DNA of 64,000 nucleotides from Promethearchaeia archaeon (GCA_046483985.1 JAWOCD010000004.1:1-64000), one strand, 5' to 3'; counted from the first letter of the stretch, positions 31,761 to 41,729 are shown. Numbers and translations: made by a program. The notes: a model not told the origin generated them from the letters alone.

Positions 31761-31842
31761 CAAGATATTGGAGGAAACACGAGTGTTTTCTAAATGCAGA
31801 CATAATTGCGGTTATTGTTATGTAAATCCCCCAAGAAATTAA
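31761..31842 (+). pseudogene. Diverged duplicate of the last ~27 codons of the DUF1848 gene
   Basis: QDIGGNTSVF/KCRHNCGYCYVNPPRN* versus KDIGGYTGIFRCKHNCDYCYANPARK* (29935-30015), with a 1-nt insertion. Confidence 0.8.
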
Positions 31843-31884
31843 ATTCCTCTCCCTAAAGGACGGGGTATTCTTTTGCCTTTAATG
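31839..31884 (-). mobile_element. 46-bp IS200/IS605-type single-hairpin element, copy 4
   Basis: Minus strand TTTAT|CATTAAAGGCAAAAGAATACCCCGTCCTTTAGGGAGAGGAATTTAA|. Confidence 0.75.
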
Positions 31885-31951
31885 ATAAAAAGTTTTTTAG
31901 AATTATTGACTATTATTGATCCTTTATATTTTATTAATTCCTAGATGAATT

Positions 31952-32281
31952 ATGAAGATTAAGATTTCCTCAGAAGCGCATGAATTCTTGAAAGAAAAAG
32001 AGAAAGTTACCGGTCTATGGATCCTCATAGATCAAATTGACGAAGAATGCACCAGAATTTACAATCCTTCCATAAAACTTCTTAAAAATAATAATCCCCC
32101 TCCATCTTCGGAAATCGAAAGGAAAATTGAGTCAAGAGACTATAGTGTTTTCATTTCTAAAAGGTTTTCAGAAATCTATGGGGAAGCTGACGAAGTTCAA
32201 ATTGATACGGGAGGGTTTTTTGAAAAGATATTGCTTATTTCTAATATAGATGCAAAATCGAAGAACATTTGTAAGGTCTAG
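31952..32281 (+). CDS. Hypothetical protein, possibly HesB/IscA-like fold
   Basis: MKIKISSEAHEFLK N-terminus; 109 aa. Confidence 0.5.
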   Translation: MKIKISSEAHEFLKEKEKVTGLWILIDQIDEECTRIYNPSIKLLKNNNPPPSSEIERKIESRDYSVFISKRFSEIYGEADEVQIDTGGFFEKILLISNIDAKSKNICKV

Positions 32282-32290
32282 TTAAGTTCC

Positions 32291-33487
32291 CTACGATTTT
32301 CGCATTGTTTTGAATTTTCCCGTTTTCATAACATCACACGGGAGAAAATAGTCTTTTCCTGTTATTTTAGCTATATCCCTTAACCTTTGTGACCATTGTT
32401 CATAATTTCGTTTACCGGGATTAAAGGGGCCTGGAATTCGCATCCCAGCCATCATTGCTTTATCTATTATTCTATATCCGCTCACAATCTCATCGTGTAA
32501 TAATCGACATCCCTCATTGAGGTGAATTGCTAAAAGATCATCTGGCTGAGCCAATCCCGCCCCTTTCTGAGCCTTCTCCGACTCATCAATTTTCTCCCCG
32601 TCCCATTTATAAAACCCTTCTCCAGTTTTTTTGCCCAATTTGCCTTCATTTACTAACGATGTAAGAACTTTTCCAGGACTTATATCTGGATGTAAATTTT
32701 CCTCTAAATATTTAATCGAATTATAGACCGTTTCTAAGCCTAGATAATCCGCTATCTCGAATGGCGCTCTTCCTTTGATTGCTGTTACATCTTTGTCTAA
32801 GTGTGCGGCTTTATATCCCAGTTCGTAGGCTTTATCCAACATTGCCATAAGATATGCCATTCCCACGATATTTAATCGATTCACAATAAATCCTGGACTT
32901 GCTTTTTGAAGTCGGGCAATAAATCGTTTTCCAGAGAGGCAAGGCAGGTTCATTCCCAGTTTTGCGGTGATTTCCATAGTCTCTTTGGAAGTGTGAGCCC
33001 CCCTTATAACTTCAATAAGCGATAATATTGGGATCGGTGTAAAAAAATGCATACCTATCACATTCTCCGGGCAAGATGATGCGGAAGCAATTTCGGTTAT
33101 ATTCATGGTAGAGGTATTGGTAGCTAATATTGTCTCTGGAGGGGTTAATGCACCGATCGTTGAAAAAACATCCTTTTTTATCTTCATCACTTCCGGTACT
33201 GCCTCAATCACAAAGTTTGCTTTGGAAACCGCTGATTGAATGTCTGTTGTCAAAAAAAGATGATTTAAGAGGTCCGCTGGGGTTTGGTCTTTCTCCAGTT
33301 TTCCCTTTGAGTATAATTTCATAAGGGCTTTTTTAATAAAGGCCTGGGCACTATCAAGAGGTGGTTGCTTAATATCGTGCAATATTACTTTAGGAAATCT
33401 ACCCAAAAGAAGTACTTGTGCAATTTCTCGTCCCATTGTGCCGGAACCTATAACTGCTACAGTGGTAATCCAATCCATTTCGTTCAT
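32291..33487 (-). CDS. 3-hydroxyacyl-CoA dehydrogenase
   Basis: GSGTMG, IEAVPE...K, ATNTS, GMHFF, PGFIVNR, GKKTGEGFY. Confidence 0.93.
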   Translation of the reverse strand: MNEMDWITTVAVIGSGTMGREIAQVLLLGRFPKVILHDIKQPPLDSAQAFIKKALMKLYSKGKLEKDQTPADLLNHLFLTTDIQSAVSKANFVIEAVPEVMKIKKDVFSTIGALTPPETILATNTSTMNITEIASASSCPENVIGMHFFTPIPILSLIEVIRGAHTSKETMEITAKLGMNLPCLSGKRFIARLQKASPGFIVNRLNIVGMAYLMAMLDKAYELGYKAAHLDKDVTAIKGRAPFEIADYLGLETVYNSIKYLEENLHPDISPGKVLTSLVNEGKLGKKTGEGFYKWDGEKIDESEKAQKGAGLAQPDDLLAIHLNEGCRLLHDEIVSGYRIIDKAMMAGMRIPGPFNPGKRNYEQWSQRLRDIAKITGKDYFLPCDVMKTGKFKTMRKS

Positions 33488-33532
33488 AATGATAATTTTC
33501 TTTTGCTTTTTTGAAAAAAAGTTGAAAAAAAG

Positions 33533-34636
33533 TTAGAAATCAAAGTGGTATTGATCTAGGCCGAGTTCTTCCTTCATAGTTTTAATATCTTGCTGTAGAC
33601 TCTTATTTAAGGGAATACCTTGTTTGCTCCTTTTCTTTTCCGCTTCATATTCTTTTTCCCCGGCAGTATAGATCTTATCTTCGCCTGGTATTTTTCGGGC
33701 ACTTCGCAATCCGCGCATTATCTCTCCCGCGGTCTTTTTAAAGGAATTTAATCCGGCAAAATTCTCAATATTGACTGCAAGGAAAAAATGTCCTACCTTA
33801 AGGCGTTTTTGCCCGTCTTCTTCAATTCCTAACGTATCTCTAAGATATATCCCGTCTTGAAGTGCAGCAGATAATAATTCAACTATCGTAGCATAGCCAT
33901 AGCCTTTATATCCAGATTTTTCTTCTCCGGGACCTCCTAAGGGAAGCAAAGCGGCTTTTCTCTCCAGCATCTTATCCAAAATCTTTTGAGGATCTCGCAT
34001 AGATTTTCCATTTTCATCTATGACAACTCCTTCAGGTAGGGGCTTGTTCGTTCTGTTATATAATTCTACTTTCCCCCTTTGTATAATGGAGGTTGCACAA
34101 TCAAGGCAAAAGGGAAATTCCTCATCAGTAGGCGCGCCAACCGTTAAAGGATTGGTGCCCAGCAGCGGTTCCGCTCCGAATGTCGGAGGGATGGAAGGTC
34201 GAGCATTAGTCGTGGTTATACCAATCATTCCTTCTTCAATGGCCATTAGGGAATAATAGCCCGCAATTCCAAAATGTGTCGAGTTTCTTACTGCAACAGC
34301 CCCTAAACCGTACTCTTTTGCCTTTTCAATGGCGGTACTCATTGCTTTATGAGCAATGACATGGCCCATTCCACAATTACCGTCCCATAAGGCAGTCGCT
34401 TTCTCATCCTTTAGTACATCGATATTAGTCTTAACCTCATAAATCCCTTTTTTAATACGATCATAGTACATTTTACATCGCTGAATGCCGTGAGTATCTA
34501 TCCCCCGCAAGTCCGAGGTAATTAAGACCTCCCCGATAATCTCGGCATCTTCTTCAGGAACTCCTAATCCGATAAAAACATCCTTCATAAAATGTTTCAA
34601 ACGTTTTGCGTCCATATAGATGACTTCTTCATTCAT
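33533..34636 (-). CDS. Ldh_2 family (malate/L-lactate/sulfolactate dehydrogenase type 2) oxidoreductase
   Basis: DLRGIDTHG, NSTHFG, GTNP, DCATS, GYKGYG. Confidence 0.92.
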   Translation of the reverse strand: MNEEVIYMDAKRLKHFMKDVFIGLGVPEEDAEIIGEVLITSDLRGIDTHGIQRCKMYYDRIKKGIYEVKTNIDVLKDEKATALWDGNCGMGHVIAHKAMSTAIEKAKEYGLGAVAVRNSTHFGIAGYYSLMAIEEGMIGITTTNARPSIPPTFGAEPLLGTNPLTVGAPTDEEFPFCLDCATSIIQRGKVELYNRTNKPLPEGVVIDENGKSMRDPQKILDKMLERKAALLPLGGPGEEKSGYKGYGYATIVELLSAALQDGIYLRDTLGIEEDGQKRLKVGHFFLAVNIENFAGLNSFKKTAGEIMRGLRSARKIPGEDKIYTAGEKEYEAEKKRSKQGIPLNKSLQQDIKTMKEELGLDQYHFDF

Positions 34637-35202
34637 ATTAATTCTCCTATATACTTCTATCTGTTTAAAAATATTTGATTAAATATAGGATTGCAATTCT
34701 TTTTATTCTTTCATATTCAAATTTCAATCCGATTTTCCGTTACCTCGTTTCTGACCGAAATTTTACATATTACGCAGATATTCTATAGTTTTAAAATCCA
34801 AATCAAGATCGTTATAAGTATGAAGCCTAAACAGAATGATGATAGATTACGAGTTGGATTTTCTCAAGAAATGATAGTTGAAGATACGGGGAAAAATATC
34901 ACAGTTCAATTTCCAGATACCCAAAACTTTATCAGCGAGATTGAAAGAAAGAAAAATAGGCAAAATCTTCATAATATCTTAAAGAGAAAATTATGAACAC
35001 ACCCCTCCCCCCAAATTGATAAAACAATTTTTTTCCTCTCTTCATTCTAAATTGAGTCTCTTCAATCTCGAAATTAAATTTGGGCGATTAATCAGATTTT
35101 ATGAAAAGACTTTAAGGAGGATTATGAAGATTCTAATTCTTGAAATAAAAGAAGCAGACTAAAGAGGAAAAAGTTTTTAAATATTCCATACTTATTTAGT
35201 TT

Positions 35203-35511
35203 GGGCAACTAGGGCTCTGCCTGAACCTTCATTGCTAAGGGGAAAGCAAAACGCTCTATAGCTTAAATTGCCCAATCTGAGGCTCCATGAGTCACTAATA
35301 CCCTATATTGTGTTCCGTAGAAGCAGCAGTCAAGCAGGTAGATCTCTGGGCAGTATCCCTTGTAGGGGGGGTATAAGCTCATAATAACCAACCCGACCAG
35401 GCCCGGGAGGGAGCAGTCGTCCGTTGAGAGATTTACGTTGTTTGAATTTGGTGCGGAGGAGCACAGTATTCTGGTCGTATTAGTGGGATTGGGGTCGAGG
35501 ATTGGGCGACC
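35203..35511 (+). ncRNA. ffs: Archaeal signal recognition particle (7S) RNA
   Basis: Helix 8 CGACCAGGCCC-GGGA-GGGAGCAGTCG (35394-35419); helix 6 with GUAG loop; helix-5 pairings CACTAATAC/GTATTAGTG and TTGCCCAATC/GATTGGGCGA; TATA upstream, U-tract downstream; ends approximate. Confidence 0.9.
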
Positions 35512-35632
35512 TTTTTTCTTCTTTTCATTTTAATCCCGGCGAATTCATTTTAAATTTATGAGGAAAGAATTTAAAAAATAAGATAGCAATCTTCAACATG
35601 AACTCCACGTTAAAAAGAGGTCAAATAAATAA

Positions 35633-36301
35633 ATGAGCGATCAAATCGATAAATTTGAAAATCGAACTCAAGCTGGAAAAAAATTGGCAGGCGCCTTGAA
35701 AGATCATAAAGAATTAATCGAACAGAGCATCATCCTTGCAATTCCTAGAGGAGGGGTTCCAGTAGCCTATGAAGTCGCTAACGAATTAAATATCCCTTTC
35801 ACATTAATAATCACTAAAAAGCTTACCTCCCCTCAAAATCCCGAAGTAGCAATTGGCGCTATTGCCCCTGATGGCACCTACAAAATAAATGAAAGAACTT
35901 ACTCGTTTTTGGATATTTCTGATGATAGGTTTGAACGAATAAAGAAAGAGGTGCTCACAAACGTAAAACAAAGAGTTGAGAAATATACGGACAGAAAAGA
36001 ACTAAATCTTGAGGAAAAAAAAGTAATAATTATCGATGATGGAATAGCCACGGGATTTACATCTCTTCTCGCTGCAAAATATGCAAGAAAAAGAGGTGCT
36101 GATAAGGTTGTATTGGCGGTACCCGTTGCGTTATCATCTAGTATTACAACGGTTAAAAAGGCATATGATGACGTTATTTTCATCATCTCTAAGGGAGCAT
36201 TTTCAATCGGTGCATATTATAATGATTTCCATCAAAATACGGATGAGGAATTATTTGATTATATCGAAAAGGCGAAGAAAAAGGGTCTATATTATGATTA
36301 A
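35633..36301 (+). CDS. Phosphoribosyltransferase family protein
   Basis: F.NR..AG, IPRGGVPVA, IIIDDGIATG. Confidence 0.92.
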   Translation: MSDQIDKFENRTQAGKKLAGALKDHKELIEQSIILAIPRGGVPVAYEVANELNIPFTLIITKKLTSPQNPEVAIGAIAPDGTYKINERTYSFLDISDDRFERIKKEVLTNVKQRVEKYTDRKELNLEEKKVIIIDDGIATGFTSLLAAKYARKRGADKVVLAVPVALSSSITTVKKAYDDVIFIISKGAFSIGAYYNDFHQNTDEELFDYIEKAKKKGLYYD

Positions 36302-36372
36302 ACTACTCACACTTGAAGGCGTGAGATTCACACTCCCTAATGTATAATACACACACGAGACAATACGGAGTG
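36298..36372 (-). mobile_element. IS605/IS1341 right-end-like hairpin with an upstream second stem
   Basis: Minus strand CACTCC...GGAGTG TGAATCTCACGCCTTCAAGTGTGAGTAGTTTAA; the end overlaps the PRTase stop. Confidence 0.55.
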
Positions 36373-36405
36373 GTTGATTATACTTTTTAAAGTTTTTTAT
36401 AATTC

Positions 36406-36867
36406 CTATTCTCCGTTTTTAATATTTTCTCTCTTTTCCAATTTTAAGGTATATGAACAATATTTTTCACTGGAATCTAAGATACAATCATGAACGATAT
36501 GTTTATACTTATTTTTTGGATCTAATTCGCTGAGGAAGCCTTGAGAAAAAGGAATGCAGATGCTTTCTTGAATTAACTCAACATTTTCGGGATCGGTAGA
36601 CCCTCCTATGGGGCAAAATCCACCTGGATATTTAGTTTTCACTTTAAACGTGTTTTCATCGACTTTTTCGATGGTGGGAATTCCCTCTATCGCTTCATAA
36701 CTTTTTTTTAATCCCTCAGTCATATCCGCAATCCCCCTTCTTGTATAAACTTTTGCTAATTTAGCTCCTAAATGAGAGGAAATCGTTTTTGGGAAATTAG
36801 GACCCCCTACATTAATCATTTCCCGAATATAAGCATGGAAGAATTTTAAGGCTTCGGTATTCATCAA
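36406..36867 (-). CDS. V4R / methanogen-output-domain-like small sensor protein
   Basis: FCPIGG, ICIPF..G, DCI....YC metal-ligand pattern. Confidence 0.55.
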   Translation of the reverse strand: MMNTEALKFFHAYIREMINVGGPNFPKTISSHLGAKLAKVYTRRGIADMTEGLKKSYEAIEGIPTIEKVDENTFKVKTKYPGGFCPIGGSTDPENVELIQESICIPFSQGFLSELDPKNKYKHIVHDCILDSSEKYCSYTLKLEKRENIKNGE

Positions 36868-36940
36868 AATAGACCTTCAATTAATTATTTTTAATATATT
36901 TAATTTTGGTTGTTCGAATATTTATATTTTTAGGATTTGT

Positions 36941-37546
36941 CTAATCTTGATCTAAGGTGAACCGTAGAAGTCTATCTTTATCTTCTTCCGCATAATCGAT
37001 TCCGACTCGTTTATGAGCTGAGATTTCCTTTTCCTCTTCCTTTCTTTTACTTCCTTCGCAGAAATAAAGCGCTGCATCTGAAGTACACGCATCTTTTCCG
37101 TTAAACAAATCCTTGGTGATTTGGAATGCCATACAGAGTTTACTCGGTCCATCAATTAAGTTTTTATAATTTTTCCCGATTTTGACATCGCGGTTTTCTT
37201 TCATAAGCTCTATTCCGTTGAGTGGATAGCCTTCCCGGATAAATACGGCACAAGGTTTTCCCGTTTCTTCGGTAATTACATTCAAACAAAAATATATGCC
37301 GTAAATGTAATAGACGTAGAGCGTTCCAGGGGGCATGAACATAATTTTTGTCTTTTCGGTTTTCTTATTGCCATAGGCATGACATGCTTTATCATCAGGA
37401 CCAACGTAAGCTTCCGTTTCTGTAATTTTGGCAACCATTTTTCCGTTTGTAGTCTTTCTAACCAAATATTTGCCTAATAAGGCTTTTGCCACTTGTTTTG
37501 TATCACGGGCAAAAAAATCTTTTTTAATTCGCTGAAGATTATTCAA
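36941..37546 (-). CDS. mpg: DNA-3-methyladenine glycosylase (AAG/MPG family)
   Basis: VAKALLGK, ITETEAY, YVYYIYG..CLNV, GPSKLC, RVGI. Confidence 0.93.
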   Translation of the reverse strand: MNNLQRIKKDFFARDTKQVAKALLGKYLVRKTTNGKMVAKITETEAYVGPDDKACHAYGNKKTEKTKIMFMPPGTLYVYYIYGIYFCLNVITEETGKPCAVFIREGYPLNGIELMKENRDVKIGKNYKNLIDGPSKLCMAFQITKDLFNGKDACTSDAALYFCEGSKRKEEEKEISAHKRVGIDYAEEDKDRLLRFTLDQD

Positions 37547-37745
37547 ATTCGGTCTCTCTTGTTTTTCAATCTCAATTATCGACTAGTAAGGTTAGGAATG
37601 GATAAAATTTTAAAATTTGGTATCAAATATTTAATTTCTGAAAGAAGTTACCTAAACAATTTTATAGGACATTAAAAGATATATATATTATTGTATTTAA
37701 TTAATTGAGAAATTTTATATTTAAACAAATTTGGGATATACTAAC

Positions 37746-38468
37746 ATGTTAGGTCAGATTCCAGATACAATGCCAAATGAACATTATCGTCCCATAAATA
37801 TTCATGGGATTATAAATCTATATGCATATATTTTCTTTGCTGTCCTTCTTATCGGATTCGGTATCTATTTTTTCCTCCAAACAAAAAAACAAGAGTTAAA
37901 AAGCGTAAAAAGACTTAAGGTTGGATTGGGGCTATTTGGAATTACCTACGGAATAACCAGAATTCTATTTGTTCTTATGTTTAATATCAATCCCGATGTT
38001 TATTATGATATGTTCGCTTCTTTAGCTTATGCTGTGGGGATGGTCGGATTTACAGCGATGATATGGGCGTTAGAGCAAGTGAAGTATAAAAAACGCTATT
38101 TCTTCTTGGTATCTATAAGTACTACAATTATAGTGATTATATCCGCGGCGATGGTAATTATTTTGACTCTTTCGGGGATCACAGCAACAGAACTACGAAT
38201 AAATATTCTATATGTAATTTATATCGGGTCTGGAATTGCAATGATATTAATAATCTTTCTGTATATTGGTCTAATTCGATTATCCACTGGTCTTATTAAG
38301 AAAAAGGCAATCTATTCATTTCTTGGGTTGATTATAATGACACTGGGAATCTTGCTGGATAGTCAATTTTTCTTAGGTTTAGAGTTCATACCCCTCTGGA
38401 TAAAAATGGATCTCGTACCCATAATTACTATTATCGGATATTTAATATTTGCAATCAATCAAATATAA
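37746..38468 (+). CDS. 7-TM membrane protein
   Basis: Seven hydrophobic helices; ATG at 37746 preferred. Confidence 0.7.
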   Translation: MLGQIPDTMPNEHYRPINIHGIINLYAYIFFAVLLIGFGIYFFLQTKKQELKSVKRLKVGLGLFGITYGITRILFVLMFNINPDVYYDMFASLAYAVGMVGFTAMIWALEQVKYKKRYFFLVSISTTIIVIISAAMVIILTLSGITATELRINILYVIYIGSGIAMILIIFLYIGLIRLSTGLIKKKAIYSFLGLIIMTLGILLDSQFFLGLEFIPLWIKMDLVPIITIIGYLIFAINQI

Positions 38469-38552
38469 TCCAACGAGTCAAAATTTGAATAAAAAATGTT
38501 AAAAGTAAATATTAAATATATTGACTTTAAAGAGGAGATGTGTTGAATAAAT

Positions 38553-39224
38553 ATGGGACATTTAAACTACGATCTAGGATTAAAAACCACATTTTGGATC
38601 ATTGTTATTTGTTACTTGACAATTTTAGCAACCCTCTTTGTGAGAAAATCATTTAAGTCAGAGGAGATATCATCTCAGAAGAACTTGAACAGAGCAATTG
38701 CGATTTTCTTCTATATGTATGTCATTGCACGGATTTTATTTATTTTTTCTGATTTTGAAAGAGATCCAAATGGGCAAACGGCCCTTTATTTCCAATTTGT
38801 AGCAGCCTCATATGTCTTTAACGTTGTGGGTTTCTTAGCATTAATAATTGTTGGAGAAAAATACCTATTCAAACCCGGAAAGTTTGTAATGAGTTATATT
38901 TTAGGAGGAGCCCTTGTCTTCAATATTGTCCTACTGATTTTCTTTCCACAGTTGTTTACTATCGCCCGATACATCAATTATGTAATATTTTATACTGAGG
39001 TGGGGATATTGATATTATTATTTCTCTTCTTAATTAGAAAGACTCCAGGAAAATTAAGAAAGAATTCTATATTTTCACTTATTGGTCTGATAGTAATGTC
39101 TGTTGCTTCTATCCTAGAATCAGATGCGTTGGTTTCGGAAGGGATCGTACAACCCTATTATTCACCATTTTTATTTGCTATAGGGATAACTATATTCGCC
39201 TATGGTCAAATGAAAGGGATATAG
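38553..39224 (+). CDS. 7-TM membrane protein, paralog-like to the upstream gene
   Basis: Seven helices; shared RILF, E at the end of TM3, G.(L/I)(R/K)K..I.S..GLI.M. Confidence 0.7.
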   Translation: MGHLNYDLGLKTTFWIIVICYLTILATLFVRKSFKSEEISSQKNLNRAIAIFFYMYVIARILFIFSDFERDPNGQTALYFQFVAASYVFNVVGFLALIIVGEKYLFKPGKFVMSYILGGALVFNIVLLIFFPQLFTIARYINYVIFYTEVGILILLFLFLIRKTPGKLRKNSIFSLIGLIVMSVASILESDALVSEGIVQPYYSPFLFAIGITIFAYGQMKGI

Positions 39225-39225
39225 G

Positions 39226-40071
39226 CTACAATTCCCTATTTTTTTTTGCGATTTTTTTCAATTCATTCTTCAAAAATGATTCCAGTTTTTTATTTGAGGC
39301 CACCAATGGTATATGTGCATTGATCGTTAACTTTATATCTAAATCAACCCCAAGGCGAGAATATAAATTCCCCCCCGCTTCCCTTATAATCAAATACCCT
39401 GCTGCGATATCCATTATCCTGCTGCTTTCTCGAAAATCAATCAATCCATCAAGGCTTCCTTTGGCAATAAGACATAAACTTAATGCACAGCTTCCCATTA
39501 TTCGGGGACGATAAATTTTTTCAATTATAGAACTGTAATCGATTAAATTTTGCTTGATTTCATTGCTCTCAAAGTCAATTTCAAACATAATTGGGTCCTC
39601 AACTCCTTTCTCTGACACCGTAATCTTCTCATCATTGAGAAACGAGCCTTTTCCTTTTTCGCTCCAGTAAATATCTTTGGTATTAAGATCAATTATCACC
39701 GCCTTAAGAATCTCCTCTAACGAATCACCCTCCGCATATGCAATAGACACGCAGCAAAATGGAATACCTCGTACTGCATTATTTGATCCATCAATAGGGT
39801 CTACAATCAATTTCGCTTGTTTCTTACTTGCTTCTACTTGGTCTCCAATAAAAACTTCGCCAATTTCCTCGCTGATTAGCAAAACATTTACATCGATTTC
39901 TTCCAAAGCGTTTTTAATTACGTCTTCTGCGTGCCTATCTATGATCATGGAAATATCGCCTCCTGCTCCTTCTTCCAATTGAATTGCTGCTTTTTTGGTT
40001 CCTATCAAATCATGAACTTCATCATACACAGAAATTGCCAATTCCTTCAGAAAATCAATCGTAACTTCCAT
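39226..40071 (-). CDS. suhB: Inositol monophosphatase / FBPase (archaeal bifunctional type)
   Basis: SEE, VDPIDGS.N, RIMGS.AL, MDIAAGYLI..EAGG. Confidence 0.88.
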   Translation of the reverse strand: MEVTIDFLKELAISVYDEVHDLIGTKKAAIQLEEGAGGDISMIIDRHAEDVIKNALEEIDVNVLLISEEIGEVFIGDQVEASKKQAKLIVDPIDGSNNAVRGIPFCCVSIAYAEGDSLEEILKAVIIDLNTKDIYWSEKGKGSFLNDEKITVSEKGVEDPIMFEIDFESNEIKQNLIDYSSIIEKIYRPRIMGSCALSLCLIAKGSLDGLIDFRESSRIMDIAAGYLIIREAGGNLYSRLGVDLDIKLTINAHIPLVASNKKLESFLKNELKKIAKKNREL

Positions 40072-40087
40072 TTGAGGTTATTCTCCT

Positions 40088-41338
40088 TTAAGTATTTTTA
40101 GTAAGTTCTCTTTCTTTATCAACTATTTCTTTTACAGTTTTTTTGTCGGTCACGACCATTTTCGTCATACTATTGGTAAAAACCAAACGCGGTCCTTTAT
40201 TTAATTCCTTCTGCACATAGATTTTATCGATTTTTTTTCCGGTCAACCAATCTGAAATTAGTATCCCCTTTCTCTTTTCTCTATCGATAAATTTATTTTT
40301 TAAAAAGTCTTGATGAGTTAAATTACCCTCTTCTAGCGTGAATATGGCAAAATACGGGGCTTCCCCGTACTTATCAAAGATTTTGGAATCCAAATCTTCA
40401 TTTTCTTCTAAGGGCACTGCAATTTTGGTCAAAGATTTCTCCTCAGATTCCGTAATTATAATAGTTTTAAAGATTTTGGGAAAATTTTCCTTAATCTCTT
40501 CGTTAAGACGTTTTTTAAGAGTGTCCATATCGGAGCTTGACAATCGGTGGCTTACAACAACTTCAAGTTCCAGAAAGATATATTTTCCGTATGCGCGTAG
40601 ATCTAAACGCTCAATTCGTTTTACTCTGGAAAATTCTTCAATTAACTCGTGCAATTCCGTTCTCTTTTCAAAGTCAATTACAGCATCCAAAAGTGTTTTA
40701 GTGGAATTGAGAAATATCCCATAGCCCCCTCTTATAATGAATAAAGAAATCAGAATTCCAAATATGGAATCCAAGATGTTCAAATTGATAAGAGCTCCAA
40801 GAAATCCTATGAGCACAGAAAGCGAAATAAAAATGTCAAACCACTTTTCTGAAGCTTCCGATTTGATAATGGGGGATTTAATACGGTTTGCAACAATTCT
40901 CATATATATTGCTACAATTAAAGAGATTATTAAGGATATAATCAAAAAGATAAATACCGGAAATGAAAGGAGCAGGGGTCTTTCGGTTCCGTTAATAAAT
41001 TGAATGATATCGACAATAGATTGTCTGATAATATTATATGCAGTGTAAAAAATCACAATAGAAATGATTAAACTTATGATATTTTCGATTTTATAATATC
41101 CATAAGGAAATTCCTCGCTCGGTTTTTTATTTGCTAAAATAATGCCGACCAGTGCGGCAAATACTAACACCAAATCAGTTAGGTTATCGAACGCATCAGC
41201 TTGTAAGGCCCGGCTATTGGTTAAGTAAGAAAATATAATCTTAGAAATAAACAGCCCAAAATTAACAGTAAAAAGAACAAAATTAATAAAAATGGGCTTT
41301 TCAAAGAAAGGTTTCTCATTCGTTTTTTGAGAACTCAT
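40088..41338 (-). CDS. Cation diffusion facilitator with C-terminal NifB/NifX-like domain
   Basis: ALQADAF, FPYGYYKIE, ZT dimer region, KIAVP....YGEAPYF. Confidence 0.88.
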   Translation of the reverse strand: MSSQKTNEKPFFEKPIFINFVLFTVNFGLFISKIIFSYLTNSRALQADAFDNLTDLVLVFAALVGIILANKKPSEEFPYGYYKIENIISLIISIVIFYTAYNIIRQSIVDIIQFINGTERPLLLSFPVFIFLIISLIISLIVAIYMRIVANRIKSPIIKSEASEKWFDIFISLSVLIGFLGALINLNILDSIFGILISLFIIRGGYGIFLNSTKTLLDAVIDFEKRTELHELIEEFSRVKRIERLDLRAYGKYIFLELEVVVSHRLSSSDMDTLKKRLNEEIKENFPKIFKTIIITESEEKSLTKIAVPLEENEDLDSKIFDKYGEAPYFAIFTLEEGNLTHQDFLKNKFIDREKRKGILISDWLTGKKIDKIYVQKELNKGPRLVFTNSMTKMVVTDKKTVKEIVDKERELTKNT

Positions 41339-41423
41339 ATATAGAATAAAAACATAGTAATCTTTTTTAACGTGACAGTTAAAAAAATTAAAAACCAGTC
41401 ATAAAAATGGGAAACTTAGAAAT

Positions 41424-41729
41424 TTACCTAAGCTCGATTTCGACGAGAACTGACTCCGGAATTTGAATCTTCATAATAAGATGCATGCTTCTTTCATTCG
41501 CAACTACGTCAATCAACCGTTTATGAATTCTCATCTCAAATTTCTGCCAAGTATCGGTACCTTGACCAGAGGGGGCCTTCAATACGGGGACTCTTAAACG
41601 ATTTGTAGGGAGAGGGATTGGACCATGTTTTTTAATGCCCTGCGACTTGCAAACATCTTCTATTTGTTCACAAACTTTTTTTAAGGCAGGTAATTCAGTT
41701 GATGATAATCGAATACGAGCTTTTTGCAC
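41424..41729 (-). CDS. rpsJ: 30S ribosomal protein S10 (uS10)
   Basis: KARIRL, GPIPLPT, P.GQG..TW..FEMRIHKRLID. Confidence 0.97.
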   Translation of the reverse strand: MQKARIRLSSTELPALKKVCEQIEDVCKSQGIKKHGPIPLPTNRLRVPVLKAPSGQGTDTWQKFEMRIHKRLIDVVANERSMHLIMKIQIPESVLVEIELR

